Shown here: one piece after another, positions 13,001 through 27,600 of the stretch
Layout of the letters: each line of letters begins with the position of its first letter
Position numbering within the stretch: the first letter of the stretch is position 1
Assembly: GCA_977030845.1 (NCBI GenBank)
Contig: OZ365115.1
Location: forward strand, 29,946,001 to 30,010,000
Direction of reading: 5' to 3'
Source of the DNA: Fimbriosthenelais zetlandica
Taxonomy: Eukaryota
DNA: 64,000 nucleotides
Notes under the pieces: generated by a model
Told to the model about the DNA's origin: nothing
What the model saw: only the letters and a program-made list of their open reading frames with translations
The model's database searches: none
Translations under genes and position numbers: made by a program

Positions 13001-16000
13001 AGCATTTTCGGAGTAAACCATTGACATTATTTTGATTTAATCTCATTTAATATGTTTAGCCTTGTCTATGCTAGTCCTTTCACTTTAAATTTCTTCGACA
13101 TTCGTTGATCTCAATGGAAGCGGCTCTCTAAATCCCTTTGGCTTATTAGTGAAGCAGGTTCTGCTAGCCAGTGTAGTAAAGGGTTCATCGAAGGTCATCT
13201 TATAAATAAACTTTATAACCTGTGTCAGAACACAATTGTGTTTACAGGTTTTCCCACTGATATGCCGGATCGAACGCTTTGTGAAGTTTTGGCGATCTGA
13301 TTGTCCTGCACTTGCCAAATAGGGAATCTTTCTTTACTGAATAATTCAACGAGGTCAGGCTCTTAGTCCCTAGGTAGGAAATTAGATACATGTACGATGA
13401 ATATATGAAAACAATAGCAGAAAGTTTGATGTTTATGAAGGGTTCTTAATACTTTTCATGTTACCGATACTTAAGTTATTATTTTCATAACTGCATCTAT
13501 AGTTCATTTACTCAAGTGCCCTATCTAAAGGAGTGACACAACAGTTACTGATCTAATAGTGAGTTTCTAAAGTGGGTCTATCTATTGGTGACCTTGCTAT
13601 TTGTCAGTACATTAAGAAATTGCTTTTGTCTGCTCACACACTCCACTTAAATCAATGAACAATCTGTGTATTGTTTTTCCGGTTGCACAGCCCCCATAGC
13701 TGCATATGGCCTACGTACACACTCTGGTCTCTTACATATAATTTCTCTCCGCTTTACCATTGCTTTAAACACATCCCGTGCCTGAGCCTCAGAATAAAGC
13801 TTCTTGGCTGATATGCGTTCACTGTCAAGATGGACGAGACCTGGTCAGTCCAGCTCCTGTCTGGGCCATAAGTATTAGACCACAGACTGTGCTTCCAACA
13901 AGCCCTGCCATTGAGATGGGACCTCTGCTTGTCTTTATGTCTCTGAAGAGCCCTGGTCTATGCTAGATCTGAACTTGGTAGATAGGGCTTTCACGGTAGG
14001 GAGCCCATTGAGGGTTTTTGAAGATAAACCACCATGAGTCAACTCAAGCTCTGTCTTTTATTGGACTCTTTGTCTGTGGAAGGCAAGAATAATACTCAAG
14101 TCATCTTTTGGGTCCCTTAAACTGCCTAGTAGATCTTTAATGGGGCCAAATACTTTTGTTTGGTTCTGCAGAACGTCCCTAGCTCCATAAATTGGATATA
14201 TTATCTGTGCACATGAAGAAACGTGATTCGTCTATATGTTATTTAACCTTTTCATAGACTCATTCTATGGTGTCTCAGAGGTATTGTCGTATTGCTTATT
14301 GTACTTGTTTACATAAGTAGTTGGGCTTATGTATTGCTATAGGGCATTTGACTTATCTTTTTCTATTGAACAAAGACCGGCCATAAAGATGTTGTCTACT
14401 GTCTAACCATCACTTGAGAAAGTTTTTTGCTAAACCTATTCCCAACCGCAGCTGTGTTATATCTTGGGAGTTTTCTGTTGTACAGATGCCGTAATAGGCC
14501 TATAGATCTGTACAATAGTTGGGTTGTTAAATTTCAGTTATGACAAGGCTAGCTCATTGTCGGTGACCTTTTGTCAGCCTTGTTCCATGTATTAAGGCCT
14601 ATATACATCTTCGTCCACCGAGTGCAGTATCGCTGCTGGCTTCTCTTGAGAGTCCAACTATCCCCCCATCCCTGATTATTCCTGTATGAAGGCCCTGGCC
14701 ACCTAACAGTTTCCCATGATCATCAGCTCTGTTGTACCTGGTGGAGGGACAACTGGTTATAGGCAATACCGGTATACCTAACTTCAGAGATATACCTACC
14801 AGTTTTTGCTCAACTGCATGTGAAGCGCCTGATGTATTGCCACTCACTTGACACCCACTAACGTACTTCTGGGCCGGCCCGCGCCACTAATCTAATGTCC
14901 TTGCAGCAAGAAATTGACAGCGGCATGCTATGGGAACATTCAATATAGGCAGCAAGTTCTGACCATCAGCCCAGGCCGGACACTCCCTGATAAAAGCCAC
15001 TATAAGACCTGGTGGACAGCACCCCACGCAACCTGATTCACTATCAATAGCTCCTCGATTGATGGAATATCACCCGTGGTTTATTGTAGATAACCCATCA
15101 TGGGTAGGCTATGACTATTTCTTAGTGAAATGGATGTGTTGTGTCTGGCCAGGGCAATATGCCCAGATCCAGGATTGTGCCCCTTTGCTGGCAAGTCAAG
15201 CAATTAAGTGGCATAGTGAAACGTGCAGGGACTATAAGCTGCATCTATAGAGATTATGGCAGAAGGAACTGATAAGGGTTGGGCACCATTCATCAATAGA
15301 TTTGTGGTATTTTGGGCCAGTTGATATATAACCTGAGGGAACTATTGTGAGGTTGTATGGCTCTGGGGAGACTACATATTAACCAAGAAAACTGCCTCTA
15401 CAAAGTCAAGATCTCATAGTGTGGCAGTATTATGACAAAGCTTGATTGCTCTTGTTTTCCTAAGTAGGCCTAGGCCTACACTTTCTTATGACTGATTGCC
15501 AACACTTTTAATAGTTATTAAATATTCAATCGGCCATCTTTCTTCCGTACTAGCCAGCACAAATCGAAGCTGTGTTCCACAAATGCAGAATACCAAGTAT
15601 ACTTATATGATTTACCTCCTTTCTCTATAGCTCTGGCCTTCCCTTTGATAATTATAACAACGCTGGTTGAATTGCTTCCCTGTTGCTGGAGCCTGATTTC
15701 CCAATAGAGTCATTATGATATGATTTGATGATAAGAAGTTTGGGGCCTTGCCAAAATATGTAACACTCATCTTGGAGATTGCACCGTCTATAGACATTTG
15801 TGATGAAAGGAGATAATCGTAGATATTTAAAGCACGGCTGGAATCTTAAACCCAACGGAGACACCGATCAAAGTAGATTAGAATCAATCTCATTTCTTCT
15901 GTGGATATCTATCTCTCTCTTTTTCCCATTAGGTTGAAATACAATCTCCTCTAGAGTGGACCAAGGGAATACTATATATGAAAGCCCTCGTAATGGTGTA

Positions 16001-19000
16001 ATATACATAATTCTAAATTAGAATGGTGGATGGTCCATTCATTGTGAGATGTCTATCCTTCACCAGTCTTGTTAATGATTCCTCACTGGTTTACAGGAGA
16101 ATGAACACAAATTGATTGTCTGATGGGTTCAACGTCCTGTCCAGTAGGCCCTCCTGGTTAAATTCCCACCTTAACACCTCTTTTCAACTCTTACACATGC
16201 CAATGCTGTCTATCAAGGATGATAGAGCCTAATGAAGTCTAGGTGGCCATATTATAATAGATGCTTCCAGCTCCAAGCCTTGGCGACTGCATAATTAATG
16301 AACGTCTATGTGTTGCTTTACCCACTGTCTATCGACGGAGCGTTCCCATAGGAAATCCGGCTCTATACCGGACGGTGTTGTATACCAGCGCTATGCCGAG
16401 TTCGCACACTGGATATCAGTAGGTTCATAAAATTGCTTTGTGAAGGCAATCTAGGAGCAGGGCCATATTTCTCTCAAGAATGGCTCTCAGTGTTTAATAA
16501 TGCACGGGATGCTGTAAGGGATGTGTAGCCGCTCAAAAGGCAGCTCGGTAAGGGATGGGTGGAGGCTTTTCCCCACCTTCGTGGATGGCATGGGTTGGCT
16601 TATATGCCCATGAAACAGATATATTTATGTCCCTCTCCTTCCGCCCCTCCACATCTAAGTGCATTCTCAATTCTTGTGCTTATCTTCCTAATCACTCCCA
16701 TGTTCTGATCGCAGTGAAAAGTAACCCACAGTAAGCTAAGTAATTGTTTAAATAATCGACTATTTAGCAGAATTACTAATGGGTTTCAACGTCTAGGCTA
16801 CCTGCATGTTTCTTTAGTCTAGTATTATTTGTTTACAAGCCTATATAGGCTAGACATGACACATCCATCAAATGTTGCATGTCACTGTTGCATAAGTGGA
16901 GTCTCACCCGGAACTTTTAATTCCTGAAGACAGTTTCCGCCTTCACGCTTTTCATTAATGATAATGAGTTTTTTACAATTAAAAATAAATGAATTTCGCC
17001 CCTGATTCACTCCTGCTAATTATCCCAATCACCACTCAGTCTCTCTTCTACACTCTGCCCCAAACTATTCCCACCAGCCCCGGGCAGACGCCCCTCCAAC
17101 CCTCCACAAACACACAGGTGTCTGTCTCTGCCAGTATGGGTGTTGCATGATACTACTGAAGTTGTAGCGCATCTAGGTTGCATCAAATATTTACTCTCAT
17201 CAATAATTACTGAGTATTTGACTGTGGCCAAACCAGAATAGCACGAAGCGCTGGTGGGCAGGGAGGAGGGCGTGAGGCCAGGCTTCCGTGCAGACAGACA
17301 GAGAAAGGACATCCCTACATGCATTGCGTGCGCCTCCATCTTTAAATCCACCGGAAGGGAACTTTTACCTGAAGAAAGATCAGCCAAAGAGAAAATGTGG
17401 CAAAAGAAATCAATAAATTAACGGGGATCCCTGGGTCTAATGTCGCCAACGAATTTAGAGTGTGCTCTTAGAATTGTTTGAAGATATTGATATTTATTTT
17501 CTTAACCATTATTTCTTTGTTTTACATATTTCCTTACCTGTAGGACTTTCCTTTTGAAGATATTTCCAAAAGTTAAGAAAAAGCCCCAGTAGGACCCAAT
17601 CATTTCCTATATAGGCCATCCTTGTTATGAGCAGAAATATAACGGGCCATATGTAAAGGAGATTAGCTAACCTAGTTTCATATTCGTATCCTCTGATTCT
17701 ATGTAATTCTGGACCAATTAAAAGTACATTTTTCAAAGTTTTTTTCTCATCTGGGAACATGAAGTGGCTGTCAGAAGGTATGAGACAGGGGATAATGCAG
17801 TTAATGGCTGGAGATCAAAAGTAGGCGAGTGGCGGGCGGCCTGTCAGATCTGGGCTCACCACTCCCTGACACAACCCTCTGTGCCTATCGATGGAGTTGC
17901 CATCCAGAAAAACTGCACCGACTGGCACAGTATGCCTTCAAAGTGAAACCTCCTCACAGCTTTTAGCTGATCTCAGCATATAGCCAAAGGTGGGGTTGAT
18001 GGGGAAGTATGCATCCTTACCCGGCTTGAAAACAACTAATTGGCCTGAAAAAGTCCAGACTGTCTTTTAAGAATCGGCTTCCAACTAATATACCCACAGC
18101 TTCCCATGTACCTCGCCTCTTTTCTATTATAAATGAACGAGGTTTGTCGATTGAATCTAATGAAATGTTTGTTACTTGGTTTTGATATTGATCTTTTCCA
18201 TGTTTCCGTGGATGAAGCCAGATGAATTATTCAATTTTATTTGGATGAGATAAAAAAAAAAGAAGAGATTGTCTGACCTCGAACTTCAGCGTGCAGGAAA
18301 TTCCCAGGCAAATTGTGTGCTCTTGAGTGATTACAGGCATGAAACCAACCAGCCCACCATTGTAACATGTGACTAAAGGTTACTTCACTGGATGAAACTG
18401 GAGACTTCAATGAAACGTGAGAATAACTTGAGAGTTATTTAGTACAATAAGTTTAATTTCTGCAAGCATAGTCCACGAAATTGTGATGTATTTGCCTAGT
18501 CTGCAGAAAAGGAGAAGTTTTCAACTTGCTTAGCATATAGGCTTATAGGAAATGACATTTTGCCTTAAGCTGAGGACAGAGGTTAATAGCTTGATATAAT
18601 GATATCTAAATGTAATGTCAAAGGTGACAGAAACAATATGACATGCCTGGGTGTTTGTATTAGTTTTATGAGACCATGTATGGATTCATTAGACCACAAC
18701 TCTGGTACATTAACCATGCATTATATGAACGCCATTTCACACCCTCGTGGCCCGGGGCAGCAACCTCAGAACTATAGGAACAAGATAATCGATATTGGTA
18801 TGGCAAATGCCATTCAAATATGTATTGAACAATTGTGACTGTCGGTCTTTCTGTGGCACTATTTGTCATCTACACACATTTCTACGTGTCTCAGTCGCTT
18901 TGACTGAGAGTCTGGCTTTATGGTGAGGCCAGACGAGTGTTACCATTGCTGACATTAGGGAAATATAAAATGCCCTCGACTGCTGTCTCTCCTAGTTTTG

Positions 19001-22000
19001 TATAGGAACACTCCATCCTTAGGTATCATCTCTAATCTATATTGATGGCTGAACTAGTTTCTCCCTTCTGCCTTATAGGCCATCATGTTGCCTATACCAT
19101 TGGACCTACCTGAGTAGGCCTACTATTGCCTTTACAAACATCCTTAGATGGCCATTTATCTTTTTTACAAAGCTTATTTGCAAAACCTTTTGCAACTTCT
19201 TTACATAACCAGCATCCTTGATCTCCCATTTTATTGACTGCTTAAAGGTTTCTCAGGAAGCAATCCTGAGTCAGCAACGACATGCAGGTAGAATGTGATC
19301 GTTTGCTGGCAGTGTCATGGTGGCTCTCACTGTTTAGTCTATATAAGGAGGTGTGATAGGAGCTGTGAAGAGGGGAGCAGGGCTGAGGTAAACAGTCACC
19401 AACCACACCCCCTCCCTCTATTGTCTGCTTAACAAAGGTTGATGCAGGGACCCAGGCGAGGCATTTACGTTCTAACTTCCACACCTCTCTGGTCGCTGTG
19501 TGGGGGGTTCAGTAAAGATGCCAATCAAAAGAATGTTGTATTGATCGCTTCTCTTTTACCTCATCGCCCGATTCTCCCACCCATGGATTCACCCTCTCAT
19601 AGTTGCTATTTATACGTATATATAGGAGGTGGGGTACTGGTGGATTCGCTCACCGCTAAATGGCGCTAAACTGATTCAAGGTCTAAACCACTCCTCCCTC
19701 CTGGATTTTCAGCCGAGGGTGGTACCAGCTAACCCTGATGATCTAGAACCTCTAGTGGGGGATAGATATTACAGCTAATTGGCAATATATTCTCTCCTCC
19801 CCACACTCTCTATTAGCTGCTTCACCGTGTTTTCATTACTGATTACCTACAAGATAATGAGCTGCAACTAATTGATTTTGGATCTTAAAATGCAGCTGAA
19901 AATTAATATGATTTTTGTTTGGAATTAAAAAAAAGAACTTTTCAGCGAGCAATGGTGCCATATTTCCATGCAGGGCCTGCGTTCGGCTCCAACCTTACCA
20001 AACAAAGAGACTTATAACCAGGACAAGTACTACATACACAATATTCCCCACTCCTACTCACAATGCTCCATATATCGTTTTCTACCCTTCCCACCGACAA
20101 TTGCTTCCCATATTCTTGCAGCGATGGAGGCCAGTCGGCAACATTTTCTGCCTGATCCGAAAGCTTTATTGTCACCTTGCTGACCGTTTTATTGGTCCCT
20201 TGTGGGAGGTGGGATATATCCAATAATATTTACGAGCATGAAGCTCCTATTCGGATGGCTTAATTTCCCCTTGACCTTTTGTCTAGGCTTCCATGGCAGC
20301 TTTCTCGGCTACTCTGTGGCTTGCTCTTCATTACCACCTTTTCTGATCTTCAATCCTATTGTCTCATGTAATAGGTCACCATTGCTTATTTACTAAAAAT
20401 ATATACAAAGGGAGTGACAATGAATCTCCCACGTGAAGTCTGCCAGAATTCAATAGTCAAATGCAAAATAATTATAAACTTTACCTCTGGTAAACTTTGT
20501 CCTCTTGCCTGTATAGACCTTATGATTAAATTGATGCAACATGACGGCCATCAATAATGGGAAACATGTATAATGAATATGATGGGTGGATGTCTTCCCT
20601 TTTAAAAATCAATTCTCATCGATAAGGCACTAATGGCGTGCCCGGGCCTATAAGATCATAAATCAATTGGTCAATATGATCGATGTCATTCAAAGTGTTT
20701 GTGGTCAATGGGGATGTCATGATAAACATCCATTCTGACAGAACAAAAATGAACTCCCTCAGTCGGACACGCCCTTGTTTGCTCTTACTTACTAAAACTT
20801 TCATCGGCACCTTGGAAGATTACCATGCCTCTATGCTATGGTGTCAAATGGTCTATCAAATAGCATTGCCATCCCATTTGTCCTCCAGAGTGTATGGGCT
20901 AGTCTTCTGTAAAGAAGTATTATTCTGTAGCTTCCTTTAAAAATCTGAGAGTAAAGCACTTGATGTACGCATTTAAGAGAAGATGCATCACCTGTTTTCT
21001 CTGGATCCATTTAGTGCCATGCCGTGTTTTCAAGGTGATCAAGGTCAAAGAGGTCAATAATTGCCTCAGGTAGACAAGCACCACCTAGAAAAACACCGAC
21101 ACATTCACGCCAACATAACAATACTTACCTGTAGGCTGTTCTTGAAAGTGTTACCTAAGAAGTAACTAATATTATGTTAGATAATACAATCACATTAATG
21201 CATAGAGCAGAAATGAATAAGCAGAAGTCTTCACCTGCCAGTAATGGGAAAATAGACTCTTTTTTTTTTAAAGCAGAGGCAAATCGACGTTTGTGTACCC
21301 TGGCTTGCTAATAGGGCTGCCTGCTTTGTTCTGCATTTGATCGATTTAAAATGGAAAAAATAGGCAGGCTGAATCTAATATACATGTTTGCAGTCGATAG
21401 GATGATTATTATAGCGTTAGCACAAAGGCAATTTACTCCGCCATAAATCCCGGCGTGGGAAAGATAATTTAGCACGAGTTTCCACGAGTCGATGGCCCGA
21501 TCTGCTCTCGCCCTGTGTGATCCATTAGCCTTAGGTAAATATAGGCATTAATATGGAATTATGGATGACAGACAAGCATAGGACCAAGATTGGATTAGCT
21601 CAAACCACTTAGCTCTTTAATCTTGGCTCTGGGTATTTATGTTAGCACTGATTCAATATGCCAGGCCAGTCTAAAGCCTGACATGATAGTGTATTTAATC
21701 AATTTTAATCAGTTTTACTGGTGTCTACTGTGAGAATTGGCCTGATCACAAGCATAGTGGGATCCAATCGAAAACTGTCTTTGAAATTAATGAGGGAATG
21801 GTAAAACGTTTCCTCATAATGAAACGTGGAAGGTATAAGAGATGTGGGTTTGTGAGGGTTTCGCGATCAGAACATCCGCTCCATTGTGATTGTTCGGGAC
21901 CCTGCGGCCAGGACTAAATAACATTCAAAGGACACTGAATAACAATTCCAGGTTTCTAAGTTGGAAGAATGATACAATGGAATATATGCCAATATAAAAT

Positions 22001-24597
22001 GAGATGTGAGAATATTATTTTTAATTCCTCTGTGTGAAAAAGTCATTTTAACATGAGCATCACGGTAGAAAAATGGCATTTTATACCATTCTCCGGGGCC
22101 TATCTTGCCTTGATTGATTACTTCAGGTCTGCAGGACAATTACAAGAGTTAAAATGATGGATTGAGGCCTCTAACCAGTACTTGCTATCTGATGCCTGTA
22201 CGTAAAGCCCATAGCGCCAATATGTCATGAAAAGACCGCTCATAAAATGAAACTCGCTGTTGGCAGTCACTTCAAATCATACACAATGTAGGCATATTCC
22301 CAACTTAAAGTATTACCAGCAGGTCGTCACATTGTCTGAATTTCGCAGATCTGCTTGTTGACTTCTTAAAAACAGATAAGACAAAGATATGAGTGACATC
22401 CTTTGAAAGCCTAATCGACTAATCCATTAAGTTTATCGCCACCTATAGGTAAACTGTAGATTCGCTCTGTTACAGGGCTTGGAGTTTCGCTGATTGCCTA
22501 GTTTTCCACATTGTGCAATGTCTTCAAAGGTATTTGTACTCAGTAATTGCTATGGCTGCGATTAACATCTAGAGGTACCAACGGACTTTAAATTGTTGTT
22601 GCATCCATCAGATGTCAGATAAGATGTATCATCATGCCCATGTGACGTGTATGTCTTGTGTAATAAATGTGTTTGTACTCCACCAACCCTGGCTTTAGGA
22701 CATTTTACTGACAGACTTTGACCATGCCTGTTTATTATAACTTAATTGGAATTCATTTGGCAATTTGCTCTCATGATATTTGCTTCCGCTCCTGCTTTAA
22801 TTGCGTAATTTAATATGTTTATAATTATCATTGTGGGTCATTAAAGGCCCACAGTGGTGAAGGATACGCCATCTTTTTCATGGTCTTAATCAATCTTGTA
22901 CTTCTGTGCATGCAATATCTATCTGTTTGCCCCGCGGGCTGCTTTCAGGCGGGGAGAGACATAAAAAGAATCCATTCCCTTGGTTCTGTAACCTGCCCCA
23001 CCAGCTCAACACATACAGAAAGGCCCGGCTAGACATTCCTTTCAGCCCCAATTCTCTGCCTCAACTTTGCTTTACATTGGCCAGAGGGTGAAACCTTCCT
23101 TTAGGAAACGATTTCTTCTTTGTCTTCTTCTGAATGTCTCTCTATTTGGTAATGCAAAAATATATGTCATTTGCTACCTATATATATGTATAGGCTATTT
23201 CTCCTCTATATTATAGAGGTGATATATGCTTTATGAAATACTATTGAATGGGAAGTTTCGTCTTTCCTGGATCATCATAAATGGCTTGGATCTCGGATGT
23301 CTTTGTCCTCTTGTTGCTGCCCTTAGTACTGGGGGTTTCCGTTGATACTGTGGATGATGGATCTGAAATGAATGTCAAAACAAGATGATGTGCACACTCA
23401 TGAAAAAGAAGTCACTGAAAGCAATATTGTGCTGGCAGACTGTTCAATTCTAGCAGTTGAATAGCAAGCCTTGGATTGAGTGGTATTGGAAGAGTTCTAA
23501 AACAGGCCCACCTCTCCCCCCCCCCCCATCCCCAGGAGAGGATGAATCTATGGTACAATTGAGGAAGAAGTATAAGAGCAACCTTCAGACCATGAAGAGG
23601 GCCTCCCTACCCCCAGGGCACTACTGTAAGTGACCATCTCAAGTCTGGCCCGCTCACTGTATGCCAGGCTCCCAGGAGGTGGCTAGAAAAGGGTGGTATT
23701 ACGAGAAAGGCCAGGGTTGAAAGTGGCCAGTACACTAGTGGGTGGTAGACGAGTGGACACCCTTCATTAAATGGCCTATATGTATGCTACTTGTATCTCT
23801 TCTATCAAGAGGCCATGTTGGCTATCATACAGCTTATTCATCCTTTTATTTATGAGTATTACGAAGTGGTGATTGTGTGATATTAATTCAGCAGGATGTT
23901 GCCAGTGCTGTGTATGTAATGATGCAACGGTAAAACCTCTCCAAGTTTATGTGTTGTAAACTAAAACTAAAATGGAGAATACTTCTGGGTGTTATAGATA
24001 AAGGTTATCTGACACTGGTGTTCTTTTTCTAAATCAAAAGGACTATTAAGAAAGAAAAAGTACTTCATTGCCCCCCCCCCCCCCGCACAGAAGAAGAAAG
24101 CAAAAAGAAATCTTTTCCACTTTGTCATGCATACCCCGTACGTAGCTATTTATAAAGAAGACCCTGGGAAGGGTTCATCAAATCCAAGGCCGAATTCCTT
24201 TCCCGAGATTATTTTGGTGATTCCAAGATCTCCCCTGACCCCATTTCTCATTGTTATTCTTGCTCTCTTCTTATGACCTCCAGGCTTTCCATTTAATTCA
24301 CAATTGCTCTGTAAGGGGTCTTACCGGATTGCTTTCATGTACGTTATTACTTGTACATCTCTGTTTGTATACCATTGTGTTAGCCTGATTTTGAATTTGC
24401 ATGATTTTGTATGTGAAAAGCCACGCCCTATATTACTTGCACTTACCACAAGTGTACTTCCTGCTGTATAACATATTATCATATACCCATGTTTGAAATA
24501 TTCATATCCTACTGGCTAGGGTTTTGTGTTAACAGGTAGAATAGATAATGCCTTGTGTGTTGCACATATCACTAATTAATTTCCTTTGCTTTTTCAG

Positions 24598-24699
24598 GAG
24601 TTTTCACAGCTAACGAAAGAATACAACCAAACGCGGGAAACCCTGCTGGCCAGGGAGGAGGAAATATCCGAATTAAAAGCAGAAAGAAACAACACAAGG
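24598..24699 (+). CDS. PPFIA: Liprin-alpha coding exon, [34 protein letters not shown] (34 aa)
   Basis: Hand translation matches the liprin-alpha motif EFAALTKELN...EEEI(S/A)[10 protein letters not shown]. Boundaries ttttcag| and |gtaagt, 102 nt, phase 0-0. Confidence 0.96.
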
Positions 24700-27600
24700 G
24701 TAAGTCTGGCTTATATTTAAAAAATATTAATTTCAATTCGGTAGTGTCTTTATCAAGAAACTTTGGACGAAGTCGTGTTTTGCAAGGCAGTTGATGAAGA
24801 AGCTGTGGGAGTCCATGTCATGAGATGTTGCCTTCCATTCATTAGTGAGATTGCTTGATAATTCTACCCTCCCGTGTCATATTCAGTGTTTGCCTTGCAA
24901 AATGGATACTGGACAAACATGATTCGCATCAATAAATAATAAGCTTCGGTTCTATAGTCGGAAAGTCCGGACAAATATCGAGAATTTTCACTTCTGGCTT
25001 ACAATATTTGTGGAGCAGCAAGTGAACAAATACTTAGAAGTCTGAGACATGATGAACTAAATGAACGAATTGTCGAGGAGGGAAACTTAGTTTATTGCTA
25101 TAAGGACAGCATCCTATTGCTACATACAAGAAACAACAAATGTCATCAGCTACTTAATTTTGTTTACAACCGAGTCAGGGACCTCTTTTTACTACCTACA
25201 CAAAATATCACTCGCTTATAGAGTCTCCTTTTCCGTCCTTTCTCTTGGATCAAATAATTACCTGATTAGAAATTACTAATTGACTGTTTAAGTACATCAC
25301 AAATCTGTCTGGACGTAAGTGGTGTTTAAGATGTATACAGTAACCCACCATGTTTCGTTTGAGGCAGGTCTACCTGAGGCTTTCCACATCTTTGTCATCT
25401 GAGAATACATTCAGTCGTCTATAGATATCTCAGCTAGTGATTTGGTCTTATTTAAACTGTGTCCCAAGCTTCCGATCAGACCAGCCGCCTGGGCTAATAT
25501 TTGGTACTAGTGTAAGTAATGTGTGAGCAAAGCCAAGTCCCTACCGAAAAGTATGGCCGGTGTGTGTATAAGCAATGTTCCCGTGTTTGACTTCTGCTTT
25601 TAGTCAACAGAGCAATCCCAGTCGGCATAAATCTGGTAGCAGCAGGGTCTAATGCAATGGGCGATGTCATTGGTTTAGCTAGACCTAGTGGGAAGGAGAT
25701 GATTGGACATGGGAATTAGACCTATGTTCTCATCTATAAATGCGCACAGCTCATGCAATCTGGACCTGAGTATAGATGGTGAAAAATACTGATATTACAT
25801 GTCAGGACAATTAAGAACAATACACTATGAAATATACTCCATTCAGTTTAATATAAATCTTGATACAGATTCTATGGACCCAACGGAAAAATATATTGCA
25901 ATATAAAAGTGTATCCGACACTATATGGTATGAAAATACCTTCTATACTCACTTCTGTACCATTATAATGTTTTGGTAGTAGTATAGGTCAAAGGCCCAT
26001 AAATGCAGGCGATGAATGAAGTAGTATACAGAAATGGTTCTTTGTCAAAGGCTTAAATGAAATTTCCCATGTTGGACATGTTCTTTCAAAAGAAATGGTC
26101 ATGAAACTGTTTATGAAGTTAGTGAATCAAATACATGTATACATATATTATGATATTGTGTTGAAAGCTGGTGAATAGAACTCTCCCTCATGGTCAGTTG
26201 TTCCACCGCTGGCAGACCCATGAACTGCATTTTAATGCTATGTATTGTATGTTTGGCGTGTTCAGGGCCAGGATAATCCTTCAAGCCATTGACACTGGTC
26301 GTGGCATGGCCTGCCACTGTATCAGTGGGATGAAGTGTAATCCCTCTTGCTTATTGACATGATTACCAGCTTTCTACCTGGGTAATAGCGCATCCATAAA
26401 TAGCAGTGGGAGAGCTGTTGTGAGGACAGGAGCGCCTCGGCCCCGCTACTCACCGCTAAATTGCTCCTCCTTCTGCCTGATAGTCTGCTCACAGATTGAG
26501 AGCTGTGACATGACATTTGCAAGGTGCATCACCACCGGGGTTTGATGTTAATGTAAGGATAAATGTGTAGTCATCCGCTGCTTCTGAGAGCTGGTCTACA
26601 ATACATGTGGCTGTATAAGCCACTCATATACATGTATTTCATCTCATGTTTTATTCATGCAAATACCTCCACAGTCCAGCTACATGGCTCCTATAATGTC
26701 CATCCATTTCTGAATTATATACTCCAATGTTCTAAAACAGTTAATCAAATTAAAGGGAATCGTGGATTAAACTTTCATCCGAATGGGATACACCTCCATT
26801 GACATGTACCCCTCTCTACAGACACCAACAATAGTGTCTGTTAAGAGTGTTAAGCAGTGAACATCTGTTAAGCTGAGCCTGGTAAAATGCCTTTGTGGAC
26901 AGTACATGTCCTAGAATTGAGGAAGGTAATTGGGAAGCCCGCTGTGCCCTGGCCACCCCCAACCGCCCGCTTGTCTCTTCTGTTTGTGAGAGCACGTCCC
27001 TGTATCTACAGACCCGGAATAACTGACAATAGACCGACAGACAAGGTAAGACCAGGTTTTATACAGCAATCACAGCCAGAACTGTTACCTTGGTCTTCAC
27101 ACAGGTGAACTACACAACTAGATCTTGTTTCCTATATAACTGATCAAACGACTGTCATATTTGGTTTATCACAATAAGTTGACGCTTTTTAAATAACAAG
27201 GGATGGACTAGCTCATGCCATAATTACTTTTCCGGGCCTGCAACATTTCTAATACTAATGCAGCCTGACTTGCCCAGCTGCTCTCGCATACAGTGGGACC
27301 CTATAGTGTGAATGGAATTTATATCGAGTGAAGTCCCTGAACCATTCTACTCATACTATCCGTTGAGCCTACCCATTATTAAACTTGTCTAAGCATTGTA
27401 TTTGTCATGTCACATTAAGATATTAAATAGACTGGGTAACCAGTTTCAGAGTGGTTCAGGACTGGTAGATTCGGATACTTTGGTCGCCGCAGTCCTCCAT
27501 CTAAATGTTTTGAACTGCTGTTTGTCTAGGGTGCATTGACAAGCACAATGAACCTATCTGCATGTCATTCTCTTTGCTTCTCTGGCTAGCTTGTTGGCTG

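Noticed and set aside
17240-17345. GC-rich patch with GGGCGTG and TGCGTGCGC motifs as a possible internal promoter
   Set aside because: It is too short for a CpG island, and I found no linked in-frame first exon.
17775-17783. Possible 3-nt microexon (cag|AAG|gtatga)
   Set aside because: There is no polypyrimidine tract next to the acceptor, and the upstream ATG reaches this donor in phase 1, incompatible with the phase-0 exon.
17533-21135. Identical 12-mer CTTACCTGTAGG at 17533 and 21124 (CCTACAG|GTAAG donors on the minus strand), suggesting an antisense transcript
   Set aside because: I found no matching acceptors or open exons. Repeated 12-mers are expected by chance in 64 kb.
24595-24600. 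NAGNAG-type acceptor CAG/GAG at the first large exon
   Set aside because: GAG is a rarely used acceptor, and skipping would delete the conserved Glu of EF.
19649-26461. Shared 13-mer CTCACCGCTAAAT at 19649 and 26449
   Set aside because: The flanks do not align, and isolated 13-mer matches are expected by chance at this window size.
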